Source of the DNA: Marispirochaeta sp.
Lineage (GTDB): Bacteria > Spirochaetota > Spirochaetia > JC444 > Marispirochaetaceae
Assembly: GCA_963676835.2 (NCBI GenBank)
Contig: CAXXFF010000003.1
Location: 608,001-672,000, forward strand
DNA length: 64,000 nt
Reading direction: 5' to 3'
Shown: in pieces, positions 18,103 to 27,910 of the stretch
Numbering within the stretch: the first letter of the stretch is position 1
Layout: every line of letters begins with the position of its first letter
Program-made: the position numbers and the translations under genes
The notes under the pieces: model-generated
Seen by the model: only the letters and a program-made list of their open reading frames with translations
Database searches by the model: none
Told to the model about the DNA's origin: nothing

Positions 18103-19248
18103 ATGAAACTTCTTGAATATCAGGCCCATGTACTCTTTGAAGAGTACGGCCTCCCTTCAAGCTCGGGGGATGTTGCATCTTCTGTGGCGGAGCTTGCCAG
18201 CATTTCAGCGGGTATAAGCACATTTCCTGTTGTGGTTAAAGCACAGGTGCAGACCGGCGGCCGGGGCAAGGCAGGCGGTGTCCAGCTTGCAGCCAACGCG
18301 GAGGAGCTCAAAAGCAAGGGAGAAACCATCCTGGGTCTTACCATAAAAGATCTGAAAGTGGAAAAGGTATTTATTACCCCTGCAGTTGAGATTGCAAAAG
18401 AGATGTATCTGAGCATTATCATGGACCGGAAAACCAAGTGTCCGGTGCTGATCTTCTCTGCGGAAGGCGGAATTGATATCAACGATATCGCAGACCGTCA
18501 TCCCGAAAAGATCGTAAAGCTTGAGATTATGCCCGACCAGGGTATTCAGAGCTATCATGCAAAATATATTGCCGACTATTCCGGGATTCCCGAACTCGCC
18601 GGTCAGATTGAGGATGTGCTGAAAAAGCTCTACACCCTCTTTTCCGAAAAAAACTGTATGCTGGCGGAGATTAATCCCCTGGTGGTTAAAAAGGACGGAA
18701 ATCTGGCCTGTCTCGATGGAAAAATCGACGTTGACGACAGTTCCCTGTTTAAGCACGAACAGTTCCGGGTATGGAGAGATGAGGGAGAGACCAATCCCCT
18801 TATTCTTGAAGCCCGGGAATTCCGCTTTACCTATATTCCCGTTGAAGACGCCGGCAACATAGCGGTTATAAGCAATGGTTCGGGAATGCTCATGTCCAGC
18901 ATCGACCTGATCAGTGCCGCAGGACATTCGGTATGTTCCGTCCTCGACCTGGGCGGCGGTGCCACCGCGGAACGCATAAAAGAAGCTGTCCGCATTATGT
19001 TGAAAAATCCCAAGGTAAAGCTGCTTTTTATCAACATCTTCGGGGGAATTACCCGCTGTGACGAAGTTGCCCGGGGTGTACTTGAAGCAACCCAGGACGG
19101 TCACACACCGGAGCAGTTTGTACTCCGTCTGGAGGGAACCAACAAAGCGGAGGGTATAGAGATTGCCTCAGGTATAGATATCCCCGTAGCTTTCGCCGAC
19201 GACCTGGTAGATGGTGTAGCGAAAATTGATGAAAGGATGAAAGCATGA
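18103..19248 (+). CDS. sucC: ADP-forming acyl-CoA ligase beta subunit (succinyl-CoA synthetase family, divergent)
   Basis: LLEYQ, KAQVQTGGRGKAGGV, EINPL, NIFGGITRCD, RLEGTN. Confidence 0.88.
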   Translation: MKLLEYQAHVLFEEYGLPSSSGDVASSVAELASISAGISTFPVVVKAQVQTGGRGKAGGVQLAANAEELKSKGETILGLTIKDLKVEKVFITPAVEIAKEMYLSIIMDRKTKCPVLIFSAEGGIDINDIADRHPEKIVKLEIMPDQGIQSYHAKYIADYSGIPELAGQIEDVLKKLYTLFSEKNCMLAEINPLVVKKDGNLACLDGKIDVDDSSLFKHEQFRVWRDEGETNPLILEAREFRFTYIPVEDAGNIAVISNGSGMLMSSIDLISAAGHSVCSVLDLGGGATAERIKEAVRIMLKNPKVKLLFINIFGGITRCDEVARGVLEATQDGHTPEQFVLRLEGTNKAEGIEIASGIDIPVAFADDLVDGVAKIDERMKA

Positions 19249-20117
19249 GCGTTCTGATAGATGAAAATACCCGATTGATCGTCCAGGGAATCACCGGCCG
19301 GGAAGGCTCGTTCCACACCCGGCAGATGCTGGACTACGGAACCAACGTTGTTGCAGGGGTAACCCCCGGCAAGGGCGGAACCACCGTCGAAGGGGTACCG
19401 GTATACAACACCGTTCATGAAGCAATGAGACGCCATGATGCCAATGCGTCAGTTCTCTTTGTTCCCCCGAAGTTCACTTACGGCGGAGCCCAGGAGGCAA
19501 TTGTCAGCGGAGTACCCCTGGTAATTACCATTGCCGAAGGTGTACCGGTATACGATATGTACCAGCTTTACCACCTGGCTCACGCCCACGGCAGCCGCCT
19601 GATAGGCCCCAACTCCTTCGGAATTATATCTCCCGGAAAGAGCAAGGCGGGCTTTATGGCCCACCGGATTTTCAGCCCCGGTAATGTTTCCATTCTTTCA
19701 CGGAGTGCAACCAACGCATACGAGACAGTGTTCCGTCTTACCAACAACGGCATTGGCCAGTCTACCGTAATCGGTGTCGGCGGCGATATGATTGCCGGTT
19801 CCAGCTTTACCGATCTCCTGCCCCTGCTTGAAGCAGACCCCGATACCAAAGTAATTGTAATTATCGGAGAGATCGGCGGAGGCGAAGAGGAGCTTGCAGC
19901 AGCATACATAAAGGAAAATGTCAGCAAACCTGTTGTTGCCTTTATTGCTGGAAAGAACGCACCCAAAGACCGCAGTATGGGTCATGCCGGTGCCATTGTA
20001 AGCCCCGACGGCGAAGGCAGTGCGGAAAACAAGGAAGCCGCCATGAAGGATGCCGGAGCTGTTATCGCAGACAGTACAGTTCACATTACCCAGCTTGTGG
20101 CAGATATTCTGAAATAA
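19245..20117 (+). CDS. sucD: ADP-forming acyl-CoA ligase alpha subunit (succinyl-CoA synthetase family, divergent)
   Basis: VQGITG, GVTPGKGG, GEIGG, MGHAGA (phospho-His); ATGA overlap with beta subunit. Confidence 0.9.
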   Translation: MSVLIDENTRLIVQGITGREGSFHTRQMLDYGTNVVAGVTPGKGGTTVEGVPVYNTVHEAMRRHDANASVLFVPPKFTYGGAQEAIVSGVPLVITIAEGVPVYDMYQLYHLAHAHGSRLIGPNSFGIISPGKSKAGFMAHRIFSPGNVSILSRSATNAYETVFRLTNNGIGQSTVIGVGGDMIAGSSFTDLLPLLEADPDTKVIVIIGEIGGGEEELAAAYIKENVSKPVVAFIAGKNAPKDRSMGHAGAIVSPDGEGSAENKEAAMKDAGAVIADSTVHITQLVADILK

Positions 20118-20139
20118 CCTGGGATTTGTATACGCTTGA

Positions 20140-20173
20140 GGGCATGCTCATACGGGCATGCCCCTTTTTTTTT
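20140..20173 (+). terminator. Rho-independent terminator
   Basis: GGGCATGCTC-ATAC-GGGCATGCCC stem followed by a T-run. Confidence 0.85.
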
Positions 20174-20337
20174 ATTCTTTTTTGCCCCTTTTTCAACTCT
20201 TTTTACTGGCCTCTGCCTGTTGCATGACAGAAGCACTGGTTGCATAGTGACCTGCTGAACAGCTATACCCTGAATTACCAGCTTCTTTGCGTACAAAGCC
20301 TGATTTCCGTTTATCTATAGTAGAAAAAAAGTTTTTC

Positions 20338-20395
20338 TTGACAGCGCACACGTTTGCACATACCATTACCCAGAACAACGGACACGTGTCCGTTG
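20338..20395 (+). promoter_or_regulatory. Promoter TTGACA-N17-TACCAT with two LacI-type operators
   Basis: GCACACGTTTGCAC in the spacer; perfect 20-bp palindrome CAACGGACACGTGTCCGTTG at 20376-20395; both CG-centred. Confidence 0.7.
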
Positions 20396-20415
20396 CAATC
20401 AAGGAGGATTTCTAA

Positions 20416-21699
20416 ATGAAGAAAATCGTGTTTGTTCTATTTCTGATCTCACTATTTTCGCTGAACCTCTTCTGCGGGGGGCAGGCGGAACCGGAAAAAC
20501 AGAAACTGGTCTTCTGGGGAAAACAGGCTCAGGACCGCGCCACCGACGAACTGATCCGCGACATTCTCATGGAATGGGGTGAACTGAATGATGTAGAAGT
20601 GGAGTACACTACCATAACATCGGAAGTTCAGAAAGAAAAATTTGCAGCAGCCTTCGAAACAGGCAATGTACCGGATGTAATTACCTTCGACGGTGATTTT
20701 TGTAAATACTATGCCACCCAGGGGGTTCTTGAACCTCTGGACGATTTTTACGCAGAGCTCAGCAAACGCGGCGGCGGAATGTTCGATGGAGTACTTCCGG
20801 TGTTGAAGAACGAAGGTGATTTGTATGGAATCCCTTTCCAGAACGATATTTATTTCTTCTACGTCCGTAAAGACCTTGTAGAGGGAGTGGGAGAAGCACT
20901 GCCGCAAACATGGGATGATGTCGAGAGAATCTCCCTGAAAATCAAAGACAAATACGGTATGCCCGCATTTGGTCATCCTCTTGCGGAAATTAACGATGCG
21001 GAATTCTCAACCAGAATTATCATGTGGGCCTTTGATTCACATATTTTTGATGAAAAAGGAAATATCGACTTTGATACACCGGAAACTCTGGAAGTTTTCA
21101 AATACATCAAGCGTATGTATGAAGACGAGAAGAATATTCCCAAAGGTGCAATAACCTGGAACGACAGCGGTAATAATCAGGCATATCAGATGAAACAGTC
21201 TGCTTTTATTATTAATCCGGGCAGTGTATACCGTTGGGTAAAGGAAAACGATGACACCCTGCATGAAAATACCATTCTCGCCCGGATGCCCGCCGGCCCC
21301 CGGGGCACCAGAGCCAACCTGACTGCCTGCTGGGCAGTTTCCCTGCCTAAAGATTCACCCAATCATGAACTTGCAAAAGAAGCTTTGCGCTACCTGTACC
21401 AGGTTGATAAATACAACACTATAATCGAATCTGCAGGCGCACGTTATCTGCCGGTATACCGGGATCTCTTCGATACTCCTTTCTGGAAAAGCAATCCCAA
21501 ATTTGCCGAACTCGGCATGATGCTTGAAGAAGCAAAGGTTGTAGGCTATGAGGGTCCTTCCAGCGCTGCAGCATCTGAAATGCTTGTTCAGAGGGTAGTA
21601 ATGAAAGCCTTCTCCGACATGCTTGTACGCGGAGTTTCGCCCGAGGAAGCAATAGCGAAGGCGGAAACCCAGATGAAAGAGATAGCATCCAAATTTTAA
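20416..21699 (+). CDS. Carbohydrate ABC transporter (CUT1) substrate-binding protein
   Basis: Signal peptide LFCGGQAE, GNVPDV, LYGIP; precedes two permeases. Confidence 0.92.
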   Translation: MKKIVFVLFLISLFSLNLFCGGQAEPEKQKLVFWGKQAQDRATDELIRDILMEWGELNDVEVEYTTITSEVQKEKFAAAFETGNVPDVITFDGDFCKYYATQGVLEPLDDFYAELSKRGGGMFDGVLPVLKNEGDLYGIPFQNDIYFFYVRKDLVEGVGEALPQTWDDVERISLKIKDKYGMPAFGHPLAEINDAEFSTRIIMWAFDSHIFDEKGNIDFDTPETLEVFKYIKRMYEDEKNIPKGAITWNDSGNNQAYQMKQSAFIINPGSVYRWVKENDDTLHENTILARMPAGPRGTRANLTACWAVSLPKDSPNHELAKEALRYLYQVDKYNTIIESAGARYLPVYRDLFDTPFWKSNPKFAELGMMLEEAKVVGYEGPSSAAASEMLVQRVVMKAFSDMLVRGVSPEEAIAKAETQMKEIASKF

Positions 21700-21766
21700 A
21701 AAGAAAAATACGCTGCCGGAGCTGATTCTGCTGCTCCGGCAACTATCTACAGGGGAAGATAACAGC

Positions 21767-22675
21767 ATGAAAACCGACGTACTGACCCACCCTGCACTGT
21801 CTCCGATAAAACGCAAGGAAGCACAAACTGCCTATCTTTTTATAATGCCTACACTCCTGATACTGGCGCTGGTAATTCTTTATCCATTCCTTACCGCCGT
21901 CTGGATCTCGTTTACCAATAAAAGCCTGGGAGGTAAAGGCGGATTTATCGGACTTGCAAACTTTACAAAACTATTTGCTTCAGATGAATTTCGGAGGGCG
22001 TTCTTCAACTCCTTTTATTACACAATCGCTTCTGTTCTGCTGAAGTTTGGGATAGGGTTGGTAACAGCCCTTGTTCTTAATTCGGTGTTCCCGTTTAAAG
22101 GTGCCGTCAGAGTTTTGATTATACTTCCATGGGCAATATCACCCTATATTGCTGCTCTTACATGGCGGTGGATCTTTGATGACTATAACGGTTTTTTCAA
22201 TATCATCCTCATGAAAACCAACCTGATCACAGAACCTATCTACTGGTTGTCCGACCCGAGGTTTGCAATGATAAGTGTTATTATTGCCGCCACCTGGCAG
22301 GGATACCCGTTCTATACAATGATGCTGCTTGCCGGGCTGGTAACAATACCGCGGGAGCTGTATGAGGCGGTAGAAATTGACGGCGGAAATAAACTCCACA
22401 GCTTTCTGTATATAACCCTGCCAAGTCTTACCAATATAATTATTACAACCATGCTCCTCTCATTTATCTGGACCTTCAACCAGTTTCAGTATGTCTACTC
22501 AATGACGGGAGGAGGACCAGGAGGAATGACTCACATCCTGTCTACATTAACATTCAAGTACGGTATTGAGATGCGCAATATCTCCCTGGCCTCGGCAGTA
22601 TCAATGACTGCGCTGCCGGTATTTGCCGTATTAACCATATATCTCACACGAACAATGCTTAAAAAGGAATCCTGA
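21767..22675 (+). CDS. Carbohydrate ABC permease (MalF-like)
   Basis: FIGLANF, EAA-loop LYEAVEIDGG. Confidence 0.93.
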   Translation: MKTDVLTHPALSPIKRKEAQTAYLFIMPTLLILALVILYPFLTAVWISFTNKSLGGKGGFIGLANFTKLFASDEFRRAFFNSFYYTIASVLLKFGIGLVTALVLNSVFPFKGAVRVLIILPWAISPYIAALTWRWIFDDYNGFFNIILMKTNLITEPIYWLSDPRFAMISVIIAATWQGYPFYTMMLLAGLVTIPRELYEAVEIDGGNKLHSFLYITLPSLTNIIITTMLLSFIWTFNQFQYVYSMTGGGPGGMTHILSTLTFKYGIEMRNISLASAVSMTALPVFAVLTIYLTRTMLKKES

Positions 22676-22676
22676 T

Positions 22677-23516
22677 ATGAGTACATTCAGAAAGCTCTCT
22701 ATGACCAGGATTTTGTTTATTGTCATAACCATATCGGCGGTTCTCTGGGCGGTATTTCCGATAGTATGGATCCTCTTAACTGCCCTACGGCCTTCAGCGG
22801 ATTTTTATGCGGGGAACGTCAGTATTATTCCTGAACACTGGAGTCTTGAAAATTTCAAGGATGTAATAGATCGGGGAAACTTCATTCATTATATGAAAAA
22901 TTCCCTGTTTGTCGGCGTAATTGTAACACTCCTGTCTATTGTATTTTCAACTATGAGTGCGTATGCCATTACACGGCTGGACTTTCCGGGGCGTATGTTT
23001 ATTGCACGGAGCATAATAGCCAGTTATCTTATTCCTGCGGCCTTGCTGTTTATCCCTCTCTTTTTCCTGATTACCCGGATCGGACTTCAGAATACACGCT
23101 CGGCACTGATTGTCTCCTACCTGAGCGCAACGGTTCCATTCTGTACCTGGATGCTTTACGGTTACTTCTCTACCCTGCCATCCAGCCTTGATGAAGCCGC
23201 TGTACTTGACGGATGCTCAAAAGCACAAATTCTTATTCGTATTTTTATCCCTCTCTCACTTCCGGGAATTGCAGTGGTAGCCCTTTATTCATTTACCCTG
23301 TGCTGGAATGAGTTCCTCTACGCATTGGTCTTTATATCGAGTACAAAAAGCATGACTATCCCGGCCGGGATAGTGCAATGGATAGTTGAGGATGATTTTG
23401 CCTGGGGACGCCTGATGGCAGCATCAGCATTATCAGTTATACCAACATTTGCTCTCTATTTCCTCGCCCAGAGCTCCTTTAAAAGCGGGCTTGTGGCCGG
23501 GGCAGTGAAACAATAA
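22677..23516 (+). CDS. Carbohydrate ABC permease (MalG-like)
   Basis: LDEAAVLDGCS, WNEFLYAL, GAVK end. Confidence 0.93.
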   Translation: MSTFRKLSMTRILFIVITISAVLWAVFPIVWILLTALRPSADFYAGNVSIIPEHWSLENFKDVIDRGNFIHYMKNSLFVGVIVTLLSIVFSTMSAYAITRLDFPGRMFIARSIIASYLIPAALLFIPLFFLITRIGLQNTRSALIVSYLSATVPFCTWMLYGYFSTLPSSLDEAAVLDGCSKAQILIRIFIPLSLPGIAVVALYSFTLCWNEFLYALVFISSTKSMTIPAGIVQWIVEDDFAWGRLMAASALSVIPTFALYFLAQSSFKSGLVAGAVKQ

Positions 23517-23556
23517 GGCAGTTTTTCACCATGTACAAACAACAGAGGTATCTACA

Positions 23557-24489
23557 ATGAGCAGAATATTAGGAATTGGCGGAACAGCTTATGATATGCT
23601 GGCTGTTATCCCGCACATGCCGGCATGGGAAGAGGTTGAATACATTGAAGAATATGAAGTGCAGCAGGGAGGAATGGTTGCAACCGGAATTGTTGCGGCC
23701 AGTAGATTGGGCGCGAAAACAGAATATATCGGCGCCCTGGGCGATGATCCGGAAGCACAGTTTCATATTGAGAATTTTACACGCCATAATGTACTACAGG
23801 AAAAAGTTATCACCTATCCTGGTGAAAGCAGCGCAATTACAGTAGTTCTTGTTCATGCCGGTACCGGAAGACGCAGCTTTATTCATTACAAAGGGGTAAA
23901 CGCAAAACCCAGGCTTGATTTACAGGAATTTGATTTCTCCGAAGTCTCTCACCTTCTGCTCGACGGGTTCTTTTTTGATACAGCCATGGAGGCTGCAAGA
24001 GAAGCCCGCAGGCTCAACATAACTACAGTAACTGATATGAGCCCGCGAACACGAAATCCGAACCTGCCTGAATACTTGAACCTTATTGACTACCCGGTGC
24101 TTTCTGAACTTTTTCTCTGCCCCTACACTAATATCCAGAATCCCCTGGAAGCCGGGAAGTCAATCATTCAACAGGGGAATAAATCGTTGATTGTCACCTG
24201 CGGAGAAAAAGGCAGCTATATCATTACCCATGAAGGAACAGAACATCTGCCCACATATCCTATACAGATGGTGGACTCAACCGGCGCGGGTGATGTTTTT
24301 CACGGCGGTTTTATCTTCGCTTTGTGGAAGGGATATTCAGTTTCAGATTCTGTACGCTTTGCAAGTGCCTGCGCTGCCCTTAATTGTACCCGTATCGGCG
24401 GACAGAAAGGGATTCCCGACTATATAGAAGTCTGTAATTTTTTACTGCAGCAGAATCCAGGAAATAAAAGCTGGATAAAACCGGCTTAA
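23557..24489 (+). CDS. PfkB-family sugar kinase
   Basis: GGMVATGIVAASRLG, VTCGEKG, DSTGAGDVFHGG. Confidence 0.92.
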   Translation: MSRILGIGGTAYDMLAVIPHMPAWEEVEYIEEYEVQQGGMVATGIVAASRLGAKTEYIGALGDDPEAQFHIENFTRHNVLQEKVITYPGESSAITVVLVHAGTGRRSFIHYKGVNAKPRLDLQEFDFSEVSHLLLDGFFFDTAMEAAREARRLNITTVTDMSPRTRNPNLPEYLNLIDYPVLSELFLCPYTNIQNPLEAGKSIIQQGNKSLIVTCGEKGSYIITHEGTEHLPTYPIQMVDSTGAGDVFHGGFIFALWKGYSVSDSVRFASACAALNCTRIGGQKGIPDYIEVCNFLLQQNPGNKSWIKPA

Positions 24490-24501
24490 AAAGGAAATAT
24501 A

Positions 24502-25599
24502 ATGAAACTTATAAATCTCCATACTCTTCTTGAGCCTACACTGAACAGTAACTATGCTCATCCGGCTTTTAACATAACCGCTTTTCATCAGCTCAAAGGG
24601 GTACTCGAGGTACATGAAACCTTGAGAACACCGGCGGTAATACAGATTGGGATGATGGCTATCGGTTTTCTTGGAAATGCAGATGATTTTACCAGTACAG
24701 GGATAGAGGAAAAAGCCGCCGGTGCAGACAGACTGTTCAGCTATCTGAGAAGACTGGACAGCAGTTTCAGTATTCCCGTTGTAATACACGCTGACCACTG
24801 TAAGGATCTTGAAACCATACAAATGCTGGTAGACAAGGGTTTCACTTCCGTAATGATCGACGGCTCCCATCTCCCGTTTTCCGAGAATATTGCCCTGACT
24901 CGCAGAGCCGTGGAGATAGCACATCCTCATGGAGTGAGCGTTGAAGCAGAGCTGGGAGTCCTTGCGGGGACCGAGGACAATATCTTCTCTGAAAACAGTA
25001 CCTATACCAACCCGATGAGAGTACCGGAGTTTATCGAAAAAACCGGAGCAGACTGCCTGGCCCTCTCATTCGGAACAAAGCACGGAGTAAAGAAAGGGAC
25101 AGATGTTAAACTGAGAAAAGAAATTGTCTGTTCAGCCAGAGAGTGTCTGCTTCACTCAGGGTTTTCAACCCCCCTTGTATCACACGGATCATCTACTGTA
25201 CCCGCCTATATTGTCCAGGCAATCAATCAGCTTGGTGGGAAAATGGAGGGTGTTGGCGGAATCCCCATTCCGGCGTTAAAACAGGTTATTGAGAACGGTA
25301 TCGGAAAAATCAATATTGATACTGATATGAGGCTGAGTATCACCAGGAATATACGGACCCTGCTTTCAGAAAGCGATTACACAACAACAGATGAAAAGGC
25401 TCTGAAGGTAGAAGAGTTACTGAAGCAGATTCCTTCTGAAATCGACTTCAGAAAATTTCTTTTTCCGGTAAAAAATACACTCTTAACGGGTGAAACCAGC
25501 TCTGCCTTTACAATTGCAGTGGCAGCAGCCCTGGAACGGGGTGCGGCGGAGATTGCCGCCCAGTTGTTGGTAAATTTTAATGCCATTGGAAAATTGTAA
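24502..25599 (+). CDS. Class II (metal-dependent) ketose-bisphosphate aldolase
   Basis: HADH, SVMIDGSH, EAELG, GTKHG, HGSS, KINIDTD. Confidence 0.92.
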   Translation: MKLINLHTLLEPTLNSNYAHPAFNITAFHQLKGVLEVHETLRTPAVIQIGMMAIGFLGNADDFTSTGIEEKAAGADRLFSYLRRLDSSFSIPVVIHADHCKDLETIQMLVDKGFTSVMIDGSHLPFSENIALTRRAVEIAHPHGVSVEAELGVLAGTEDNIFSENSTYTNPMRVPEFIEKTGADCLALSFGTKHGVKKGTDVKLRKEIVCSARECLLHSGFSTPLVSHGSSTVPAYIVQAINQLGGKMEGVGGIPIPALKQVIENGIGKINIDTDMRLSITRNIRTLLSESDYTTTDEKALKVEELLKQIPSEIDFRKFLFPVKNTLLTGETSSAFTIAVAAALERGAAEIAAQLLVNFNAIGKL

Positions 25600-25612
25600 G
25601 CTTTAGTTTGTT

Positions 25613-26629
25613 TTATTTCCTTTGTCTGAGTTTGGAGCCACAGGAATCTCTTATAATAAGCTCAGGTTTCAGAAGAACATTCCTGACTGATCCGGTGTAG
25701 CCGGTTTTCATTTTATCAAGCAGAATATCGCCAGCCTCTCTGGCAATGGATTCAAGAGACTGTCGCACCGTAGTCAGCGGAACCGCTGCCATTCTGGCAA
25801 CTGAAATATCATCAAAACCTACAAGTGCAAGATCTTCCGGTATGTGCAGGTTCTTTTCATAAATATACTGTCCAAATGCCAATGCGGTTATATCATTAAC
25901 AGCAAAAACAGCTTCCAACCCGGGCATTGCAGATAAGAGGTCGGCCGCAGCTGACAGACCATCGATAAAGGTAGAGTCACACCCTGCAATGGCTGTATTC
26001 TCAGCCAACCCGGCTTCGGCCATTGCATCCTGATACCCTTTTAAACGTGCTTTGCTGGCATCAGCATGGCCCGGACCGGCAATATGTCCGATTTTTTTAT
26101 ATCCGAGTTTGATAAGGTGATTAACTGCTAGTTTTGCTCCAAAGTAATTATCACCAACAACTGAATCTATCCCGTCGTTTCTTCCATCATGATCAATCAG
26201 CACAACAGGTACATCCGAGGTTACTGCTTTTCGATAAGCCCCGTTCTCAGGGTCTGAAGGTATCATCACCAGCCCACTGACCTGCTGTTCTAGGAGATAA
26301 GCAACATAGTCTGTTTCTTTATCCTCATCCCTGTCTGAATTACAGATTAAAACACGATAATCATTATTCTCAAAAAAACGGATAAGTTTTTTACTTAAAG
26401 AGGCATAAAAGGGGTTTTCGATGTCCGGCAGAATTATGCCGACCGAAGTCGATTTCTTGCCCACAAGATTGCGGGCATGCGCATTCGGGCGATAGTTTTT
26501 TTCCCTGGCCAGCAGGCGCACTTTTTCCTTCATAGCCTCGCTTATTTCCGGACTGTTCCGAAGGGCTCGTGAGACTGTTGAATGAGAAACACCCAGCTCC
26601 CGGGCAAGATCTTTGATGGTTACTCCCAT
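25613..26629 (-). CDS. LacI-family transcriptional regulator
   Basis: TIKDLARELGVSHSTVSRAL, YRPN, VGFDD, LTTV; ATG 26629 lies 6 nt after TTGAAA-N17-TACAGT. Confidence 0.95.
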   Translation of the reverse strand: MGVTIKDLARELGVSHSTVSRALRNSPEISEAMKEKVRLLAREKNYRPNAHARNLVGKKSTSVGIILPDIENPFYASLSKKLIRFFENNDYRVLICNSDRDEDKETDYVAYLLEQQVSGLVMIPSDPENGAYRKAVTSDVPVVLIDHDGRNDGIDSVVGDNYFGAKLAVNHLIKLGYKKIGHIAGPGHADASKARLKGYQDAMAEAGLAENTAIAGCDSTFIDGLSAAADLLSAMPGLEAVFAVNDITALAFGQYIYEKNLHIPEDLALVGFDDISVARMAAVPLTTVRQSLESIAREAGDILLDKMKTGYTGSVRNVLLKPELIIRDSCGSKLRQRK

Positions 26630-26769
26630 AAACTGACTGTACACAACAAAAACAGTGCTTTCAAGGCGGGATAAAATATAAACTTTTTACGTAATAAATA
26701 TTGCCATTAATCATTTATTCGTATATTTTCTATCTATCACTACGTTTTTCGTACTGCATGGAGGAATAT

Positions 26770-27879
26770 ATGATCATAGGCTGCCCCAAAGAGATTAAAA
26801 AACACGAATATCGTGTCGGGCTTACTCCCCACTGCGTTAAGGGATATATAAACAGAGGACACCGGGTTCTGGTGGAAAAAGGTGCCGGTGAAGGATCGGG
26901 ATTTGAAGATGAAGAATACGCCAATGCCGGAGCCATTCTGGTGGACGGAGCGAAAGAAGCATGGGATGCGGACATGGTGGTAAAGGTAAAGGAACCGCTT
27001 CCCGAAGAATACGGCTTTTTCCGCAAAGACCTGATTCTCTACACCTACCTGCACCTTGCAGCAGCAGAAGACCTGACCAAGGCGCTTCTTTCCACTAAGG
27101 TAAAAGCCCTTGCCTATGAGACAATTCAGACCGACAGTGGGCACCTGCCCTGCCTTACTCCCATGAGTGAAATAGCAGGGCGGCTGAGTGTCCAGGAAGG
27201 AGCCAAGTACCTGGAGCGGACCTTCGGCGGACGGGGCATACTTCTGGGAGGCGTTCCCGGTGTTGAACGGGGCAAAATCGCCATTCTCGGCGGCGGAGTT
27301 GTTGGACTGAATGCCCTTAAAGTAGCTGTCGGAATTGGTGCGGAGGTAACTATTCTTGATATAAACACCGCCCGCCTGGCCTACCTGGATGATATTTTTC
27401 AGGGAAGGATAACCACTCTGGTGAGCAACGAACGGAATATCGAAAAGATTGCCAGAGAAAGCGATCTGATAATCGGTGCAGTGCTTATCCCCGGAGCAAA
27501 GGCGCCCCGGCTTATCCGCAAGGAGCACCTGGGAATGATGAAGAAAGGTGCAGTACTGGTGGATGTTGCCGTAGACCAGGGAGGCTGTTTTGAAACCACC
27601 CATGCAACCTACCACGATGACCCTGTCTACACAGTGGACAATGTAATTCACTACTGCGTAGCCAACATGCCCGGTGCGGTAGCACGGACTTCAACCATTG
27701 CCCTTACCAACGCAACCCTGATAAACGGTCTGAACCTTGCAGATATGGGTGTGGAGGAAGCCTGCCGTCAGTCGGAGACTCTGCGCAGAGGGCTTAACAT
27801 CTACGATGGAAAGTGTACCTACCGCGGTGTTGCAGAAGCATTTGATATCCCCTACACTCCGCCTGAGCAGGTGATATAA
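26770..27879 (+). CDS. ald: Alanine dehydrogenase
   Basis: IGCPKEIK..EYRVG, VKVKEP, PMSEIAG, DVAVDQGGC, YCVANMPGAV; ATG after GGAGG. Confidence 0.96.
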   Translation: MIIGCPKEIKKHEYRVGLTPHCVKGYINRGHRVLVEKGAGEGSGFEDEEYANAGAILVDGAKEAWDADMVVKVKEPLPEEYGFFRKDLILYTYLHLAAAEDLTKALLSTKVKALAYETIQTDSGHLPCLTPMSEIAGRLSVQEGAKYLERTFGGRGILLGGVPGVERGKIAILGGGVVGLNALKVAVGIGAEVTILDINTARLAYLDDIFQGRITTLVSNERNIEKIARESDLIIGAVLIPGAKAPRLIRKEHLGMMKKGAVLVDVAVDQGGCFETTHATYHDDPVYTVDNVIHYCVANMPGAVARTSTIALTNATLINGLNLADMGVEEACRQSETLRRGLNIYDGKCTYRGVAEAFDIPYTPPEQVI

Positions 27880-27910
27880 GCAAGTCGGGCATTCGAGTTG
27901 CAGAGGTGAT

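Noticed and set aside
18103..20117. Housekeeping TCA succinyl-CoA synthetase
   Set aside because: Substrate-site motifs are altered, it is operonic with an acylating ALDH, and it sits under a sugar-island operator
4014..26629. Firm call of a known sulfoglycolysis pathway
   Set aside because: No GH31 sulfoquinovosidase, SQ isomerase, transketolase or TauE exporter in the window; kept only as one hypothesis
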